Origin: Raillietiella orientalis
Taxonomy: Eukaryota
Assembly (NCBI GenBank): GCA_036172245.1
Contig: JAYWIR010000123.1
Location: forward strand, 62,001 to 100,993
Reading direction: 5' to 3'
DNA length: 38,993 nucleotides
Both the position numbers and the translations under genes were made by a program. The notes beneath the pieces were generated by a model. That model saw only the letters and a list, made by a program, of their open reading frames with translations, did not search any database and had not been told where the DNA came from. Each line of letters opens with the position of its first letter. Positions within the stretch are counted from its first letter, which is position 1. Shown piece after piece: positions 34,063 through 38,993 of this stretch.

Positions 34063-37001
34063 ATGCCACCCGGATACGCCGGGACGTTTATTAAAAACAT
34101 TTCAACGGTCAATACAGAACGTGGTACAAGGCCCCACTAACGGCCACGCAATACGGGAACTGCCGGGACACCGGGACGCAGCTCGGTGTGGCTCTCCTCA
34201 GCAGCAGAGGGGGATGGGGGAGAACACAAAAATAAAATAAAAGAGAAAAGCAAACCACAAAAAAAAGTTTGGAGGGCCGGGAAGGGATCACAGAAAACTG
34301 CTGGGAGGGCCCATCCTTTGCAGGATGCTTTCTAGTTCCTTTTTTATCCTTCCTAGATGGGTCCATCGGGTAGCTCTCTGCAGGAAGCGAGAAGCATACT
34401 CGATGACATCCCTGACGATGCAGTCTTCATCTTCGGCATCACTCCAGGCCGCCACTATACCACGCATGCAGCAAAGTGCTGCCAGGGCTGCAGCTGGACT
34501 GAGGGCGTCCCGCACGAAGACAAGACTGAAGATACATTCACCATTGCCAGCATCCGGTATCCCAAGTGCCGTTTGAAGACGTTCCCAAAGAATCTGGACG
34601 GCAGGGCATTCAACTAAGAGGTGGGGGAGCGACTCCCGCTCCCCACACCTGGCACACGCAGGATTTACTCTTCCCCGCGTCCAGTGGAAGCGGCGCGCGT
34701 TGCAGGGTAGACCCCAATGCAGACACAGAAGCGCCGATTCTTGCCACTTCAGGGAAGAATCCTGAATCCAAGTAGAACCGGGGGCCACTTCAGGTCGTCC
34801 AATCGAATGCAGAGCAGCTCGCCCCATCTTCTTAATCCACGCGGCTGGATACTAGGGGTCGTTGCATCTGTCAACTCTTCCATGGTCCTGCCGCTCATCG
34901 TCTTCTCTCTGCCTGCGATACGGCAGCAGACTTGCCACCTTAGCTTCCGGCTTTCGTGAAGCGCCCTTTAGAGGTAGGGCATCGCCGTAACAAGGGGTGG
35001 GCCTTTCGCTTACGTGCAACTCGGAGGAAATTCAAGTATTACACGGAGAGTTTGTCGGGCGTAAAAGCCGTCTCGCAGGCAGTTCATCTGGTCTTCGCAC
35101 CTCTCGTTCAGCTTGGCCCAGGTGCCAGCAGTCTCTTCCAGCCAAGCGAAGGAGTTGTTAGGACCACAAACCATCCATTCGTTCTCCTTTGCCAGGGTTG
35201 CCATGCGGCCGAGGAGTAGACCGCATCTTCGAATCATCCGGATAGGGTACAGAAGAAACGATGCGAGTCCTTCGCAGCGGGACACATGGCTGGCCAGGAG
35301 ACCGGCCGGAATGCACCAAGCGGTGCTCCACATCTTCGCTAAGATGGCGAGGATCCGCCATCGCAGCTGGATTTTTACGCGCTCCAGCGTCAGGATGCTG
35401 AGACCGCCGTCCCGACGCGGAGCGCACAAGTCCTTCAAAGGGGATCGGGGCCTTCCCTTGCCCCAAAGAGCTATGCGGAGGAGGTCCTTCGTTCGCTTTT
35501 TCGATTCCACGGGGGCGGGGCAAACAAAAAGCAAGGGGCGGAGTATGGGGGCCGCGAAGGCGTTCCAAACCGCGGCCCGTTCCGCCAAGTGGAACTTGCC
35601 TTCCAGGTACGGCCCTATCGCCGTCTCGACTTTTTGGAGGCAGCTGGACCACGCTTTTGCAGGGGAGAAGTCCCCCAACGGCACACCGAGGTACTTGATG
35701 CACCTCATTGTGGGGATCCCCAGACGCACCCAGTCCTGCTGCCTTGCCCACGTCGCTCCAACTGGCAACACTGACGACTTCGCCCTGTTAACCTGTAATC
35801 CGGCCCCACGGCTAAGCAGGTCGAAGAAATCTCCGACCGCCTTCGCCGGGGTGGACATACGTAAGAGGAGCAGAAAATCGTCGGCATACGCCGCTACGGC
35901 TGGCGTGCCGGGGCACGAGCTCGGCATGGGGCCAAAGTCACCCTGTACGCTCTCAGCACCAACTCAGCGTAGGTGCTAAAAAGCAGGGGGCTGAGGCTGT
36001 CGCCCGGCCTTATGCCCCGCCGCACCGGGACGTCATACACCTTTTGTCCACTGAAAGTAATTGAGATTATCCCGTTCCGCCAGCAAGAGCGCAGGTAAGC
36101 ATCAAGGAGGGTGAGAAGCCCATGCGACCCAGGATCTCCAAGAGGAGTTCCTGGTCAACACAGTCGAATGCCTTATCAAGGTCGACTGCGATCGCTATGG
36201 CCCCCTTTCCCGCATGATGGTCCCTACATTGTCCCACTGGCGGCTCCAAAGTAGGGTTGCAAATTTTCCCTTTCCCTTTTTATTACTCCGCTGCGCGTGC
36301 ATCCATGTGCTCGCGAAGAGGAGGTTGTCCTCCATACTTCGCCCGGGAACAGCGTATGTCTGCTCCGGGCTAATTATGGAATTGGACACCTTCCCCGATC
36401 GCGACGCCCACAGCCTGGCAATCAACTTGGCGTCCGTGTTCACAATCGTGATCCGACGGCAGTTGCAAAGTTTCCTGAGGTCTCCTCCCTTCGGGAGGAG
36501 CCTCACCCTGGCTGACCGAAACGAGGCGGGAACATCGCCTTCGTCTCGGATTCGCCTTGTCAACCAGAGCACCAGGGGGGCCAGCTCTTCCGCTAAACTC
36601 TGAAAGAACTCCGCGGGAAAGCCGTCCTCCCCTGGCGCCTTACGCCTCTTGAACCTTTTGAGACCGGCGAGAATTTCACCGGTCGTGAAAGGCTCATCGA
36701 GGCTTTCTCTCTCCTCCTCCCCTATCGCCACGGAACCACTCATGAGCAATCGCCGCGAGGCGTCTTGTTCGGGTGGAGTTTTGGCGTAAATGGAGGAATA
36801 AAAACATCGTACGAGATTCCGTAAAGCAGACGGGGAAGAACGTTCCCGACCCAGGTCATCCAGCATGCTGGCTGACCCGGATTGCCAGGCTTTTCGCTCG
36901 GCTCCGGAGCGGTATTCGGCCAGGCGACGGACATTGGGGTTCCTCTCGTGACCACGCGCGTGCAAATACGCGCGTTCGTTGCGAGCCCCTACGCCGAATC
37001 C
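34063..37001 (-). mobile_element. Element C (B family): ORF2 from the GFG linker to zf-RVT plus 3' UTR and terminus; head-to-tail with D, interrupted by B
   Basis: GFGVGARNERAYL, KAPGEDG, DLDKAFD, AYADDF, IKYLGVP, CARCGERESLPHLLVEC. 3' UTR similar to D. Terminus AATAAACGTCCCGGCGTATCCGGGTGGCAT. Confidence 0.92.
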
Positions 37002-37103
37002 CCGCTGTGGAGAGCGGACGTGCTTTTCCTGCGCTCCGCCTGCGTGGCAAAGCGAGTGTTTTTTCTTCTTGAGTGATATGTGCGTGCACATCGTCGTTTT
37101 CCG

Positions 37104-38981
37104 ATGGCATCGTTGCCAGAGGACAATGCGATGGAAGTAGGCGTGATAAAGGCTTGTTCGTCCCCACAGCCTACTGGATCAGGGGCATCCGCCCCGGAAT
37201 CGTCCCCGGCGACGCCGAGGTCCTGGAGCGCCATGGTGGCCGCGCCTAGCGTGGACGCCATGGCCGAGATGGAAGCCTACAAGAAAGCGGGGTATAAACC
37301 CTCGCTAGTCTACAAGGTAGGCAACATTTTCGATGGGCGAACTGCACGCGCCTTTACGAAGGCGCTGCAGGACGCCAATATTTTTGAAAAAGATCTCGAC
37401 GGCCTCTGCGTCCTCAGCGGCGGGCAGCGGGTCGAGGTGGTATGCAAGGATATCACCTTGGCCCGACACCTGATCACCGACCCGCTGATCGGTGATGGTC
37501 GGAAGATCTTACCGATAACGATGGACCGCTCGGTGGTGGTCCATCTCACTGGGATCTCAAGTCGCATGACGAGGTCAGCGGTTCGAGAACAGCTACAAGA
37601 GCACGGAGAAGTGCACGCGTTGTGGCCGAAGTCCACGATTTTCCAAGGCTACAATAGCCTTTTCGGAGGTCAAGCTGCGGCGCGTATCACAGTAAAAGAG
37701 GGTGGTGCGCTTCCCCACAAGCTGGAGGTCTGCCAAGAAGCGATGGACCTCTGGTACGTGGGAAAACGCCAATTTTGTGGCTACTGCAATGCAGTAGGGC
37801 ATCTACGAAAAAGGTGCCCGAACATTGTGTGCCACCTATGCGGCGAAAAGGGTCACGTTCGGCGCGTGTGCCCCAAGCGCCCCACATCGGTGCCCCCTGC
37901 CGCCAAAAAGGCGCAGGGAAAACGTGGAAAGCTGGTAGAAAGACCAGCTCGCGAAAATGGCCGTTCCCAACTGCCAGCCTCCCTTCCTCCCGTACATACG
38001 TCGGAGGAAATAGCTCCCATGGACGAGGGAATGGAGGAGGGTTATCAGCTGGTTCAGGCCAGAAAAGAGAAAAAAAACAAAGTGATGATAGAAGAAAATT
38101 CGGAGAAGAAAACTGCCGGCAACAAGAAGAAAAAAGCCGCGCCGCTTTCAAAAAAAAAACTCCGCGAATGCTCGGTGGCACTGGAACGCTTAGCCGTTCC
38201 TGCCGAGTCCGCCCGCGGCAATGTTCGCGAAACAGCTGATGCGGACGCGATGAAAACTCGCGTGGACGAGCCCAATCTACGTGTAGAGGGTGAGACGCGA
38301 GACTCGCGCGCCGACAGCCAGGACGCCGCGCTCGATAAAGTCGCGGAGGAGCCCGCGGCAACGTTCGCCGTCAACGATGACGCCGCGCTCGATAAGGTCG
38401 CGGAGCAGCCCGCGGCAACGGTCGCCGCTGGCGAAGACGCGGCCTTCGAGAAAGCGGCGGAGGAGCTCGCAGCAACGCTCGCCGGGCGCGAAACCCCTTC
38501 GCGCAAGGGCGTACGCAGGTCGGCTCCGACGAAGAAGGCCCCCGCAGGTGAGTGCGACCTGGGGGCCGGAAGCGGATCCTCCTCCTCGGAGGCACCCCCC
38601 AGGAAGTCGGGACGCAATTCCCAGAAACCCAGGAGGCGCCTCCCCTCCACCAGCGAGGAGGAGAAACCGGAAGGAAGCGGCAGCGTGGGAATCCCGGAGG
38701 GGGAATACCCACGCCCGGAAGCCGTCGAGTCGGCCACCCCCATGGAAGAGGGAGAGCAGGGGGGTGAAGTCCTCCCTACAGTAGCGAAACCTAAGCAGCC
38801 CGAACCCATGGAGGAAGGCGACCAGGTAGGCGCGACTCCACGTGCGGGTGATCCGGCCGAAGCGCCGGCACCGATGGAGGAGGAGGAAAAGGTGCCTTCA
38901 GTACCTGTCCCTCCTCCCCCTCCACCTAGCGTCCCGTCCCAGCAGGTGGCGGACGCCGCATCGCCGTTTTCCCTGGACTAA
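37104..38981 (+). CDS. Element B ORF1, intact (~625 aa from ATG 37104), gag-like with 2x CCHC
   Basis: Uninterrupted frame. SGGQRVEVVCK, LPHKL..LWYVGKRQFCGYCNAVGHLRKRC..CHLCGEKGHVRRVC. Confidence 0.9.
   Translation: MASLPEDNAMEVGVIKACSSPQPTGSGASAPESSPATPRSWSAMVAAPSVDAMAEMEAYKKAGYKPSLVYKVGNIFDGRTARAFTKALQDANIFEKDLDGLCVLSGGQRVEVVCKDITLARHLITDPLIGDGRKILPITMDRSVVVHLTGISSRMTRSAVREQLQEHGEVHALWPKSTIFQGYNSLFGGQAAARITVKEGGALPHKLEVCQEAMDLWYVGKRQFCGYCNAVGHLRKRCPNIVCHLCGEKGHVRRVCPKRPTSVPPAAKKAQGKRGKLVERPARENGRSQLPASLPPVHTSEEIAPMDEGMEEGYQLVQARKEKKNKVMIEENSEKKTAGNKKKKAAPLSKKKLRECSVALERLAVPAESARGNVRETADADAMKTRVDEPNLRVEGETRDSRADSQDAALDKVAEEPAATFAVNDDAALDKVAEQPAATVAAGEDAAFEKAAEELAATLAGRETPSRKGVRRSAPTKKAPAGECDLGAGSGSSSSEAPPRKSGRNSQKPRRRLPSTSEEEKPEGSGSVGIPEGEYPRPEAVESATPMEEGEQGGEVLPTVAKPKQPEPMEEGDQVGATPRAGDPAEAPAPMEEEEKVPSVPVPPPPPPSVPSQQVADAASPFSLD
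38322..38492 (+). repeat. 57-bp coding tandem repeat x3 (DAALDKVAEEPAATFAVND-type) in B ORF1; also present in D at ~32565-32735
   Basis: GACGCCGCGCTCGATAA..GTCGCGGAG..CCCGCGGCAACG recurs with a 57-nt period. Confidence 0.9.
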
Positions 38982-38993
38982 CACCTGGGCTCG

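Larger units (their letters stand above)
5115..38993. mobile_element. Nested cluster of Tx1/L1-clade non-LTR retrotransposons (about 16 copies/fragments, alternating orientation), continuing past the window end
   Basis: Repeated ORF1 motifs (RSGGQxVEVICK, LPHKL..WYVGKPKFCxxCxxxGHxxxxC) and ORF2 motifs (WNVNG, LLQE, YAP, GDFN, IDH, SDH; KAPGEDG, W/RRPITIVN, DLxKAFD, GIRQGDSLSP, YADD, KYLGVP, RRDGGLG, CxxCGxxExxxHL) on both strands. Sharp GC increase relative to 1-5100. Confidence 0.97.
36992..38993 (+). mobile_element. Element B: 5' leader, ORF1 and first ORF2 codons (continues beyond the window), inserted antisense into C
   Basis: The 5' ~80 nt are identical to D's 5' end (CGCCGAATCCCCGCTGTGGAGAGCGGACGTGCTTTTCC...). 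Flanked on the left by the reverse complement of C's linker. Confidence 0.93.

Noticed and set aside
6343..34092. Recurring CCCGG hairpins read as CRISPR repeats or terminators
   Set aside because: They are dispersed, on both strands, and always at element 3' ends. There is no spacer periodicity and no cas gene.
5162..38809. Numerous long ORFs antisense or out of frame to ORF1/ORF2 (e.g. 26325-27740 minus, 35113-35979 plus, 32249-33001 plus)
   Set aside because: Shadow ORFs of GC-rich coding sequence, with no independent motifs.
32063..38993. Inverted repeat read as the terminal repeats of a DNA transposon or DIRS element
   Set aside because: The arms are LINE 5' UTR plus ORF1, and no transposase or tyrosine recombinase is present.
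5115..38993. RIP-like hypermutation as the cause of the many stop codons
   Set aside because: The copies remain GC-rich and CpG/CpA-rich, and frameshifts are about as common as transitions.

Overview
Eukaryotic DNA. Bases 1-~5115 are an AT-rich flank with no intact gene I can recognise (only possible decayed relics). From ~5115 to the window end (~34 kb) the sequence is entirely a nested cluster of GC-rich Tx1/L1-clade non-LTR retrotransposons from several related families. ORF1 has an RRM-like region plus two CCHC knuckles; ORF2 has APE endonuclease, RT (YADD) and a C-terminal zf-RVT. I resolved about 16 copies or fragments, labelled here for reference. One full-length copy (A, 25742-31274, 17-bp TSD) sits inside another full-length copy (D, 22726-34062). 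Main observation: the elements appear to insert into each other at specific sites, nearly always antisense, at conserved coding motifs of ORF2. Four junctions of one family fall at the EN-RT linker 'GFG' codons (GGWTTCGGCG), and three junctions fall at the RT 'RKAFD' codons. The GFG-targeting family carries an antisense copy of that target at its own 5' end, and another copy has inserted there head-to-tail. Nine 3' termini share AATAAA-like + CCCGG-N5/6-CCGGG hairpin + ~6 nt and have no poly(A) tail. The layout resembles a self-propagating retroelement island, comparable to Zepp-type nested clusters and possibly centromeric. All alignments were done by eye, and the host organism cannot be determined from this window.
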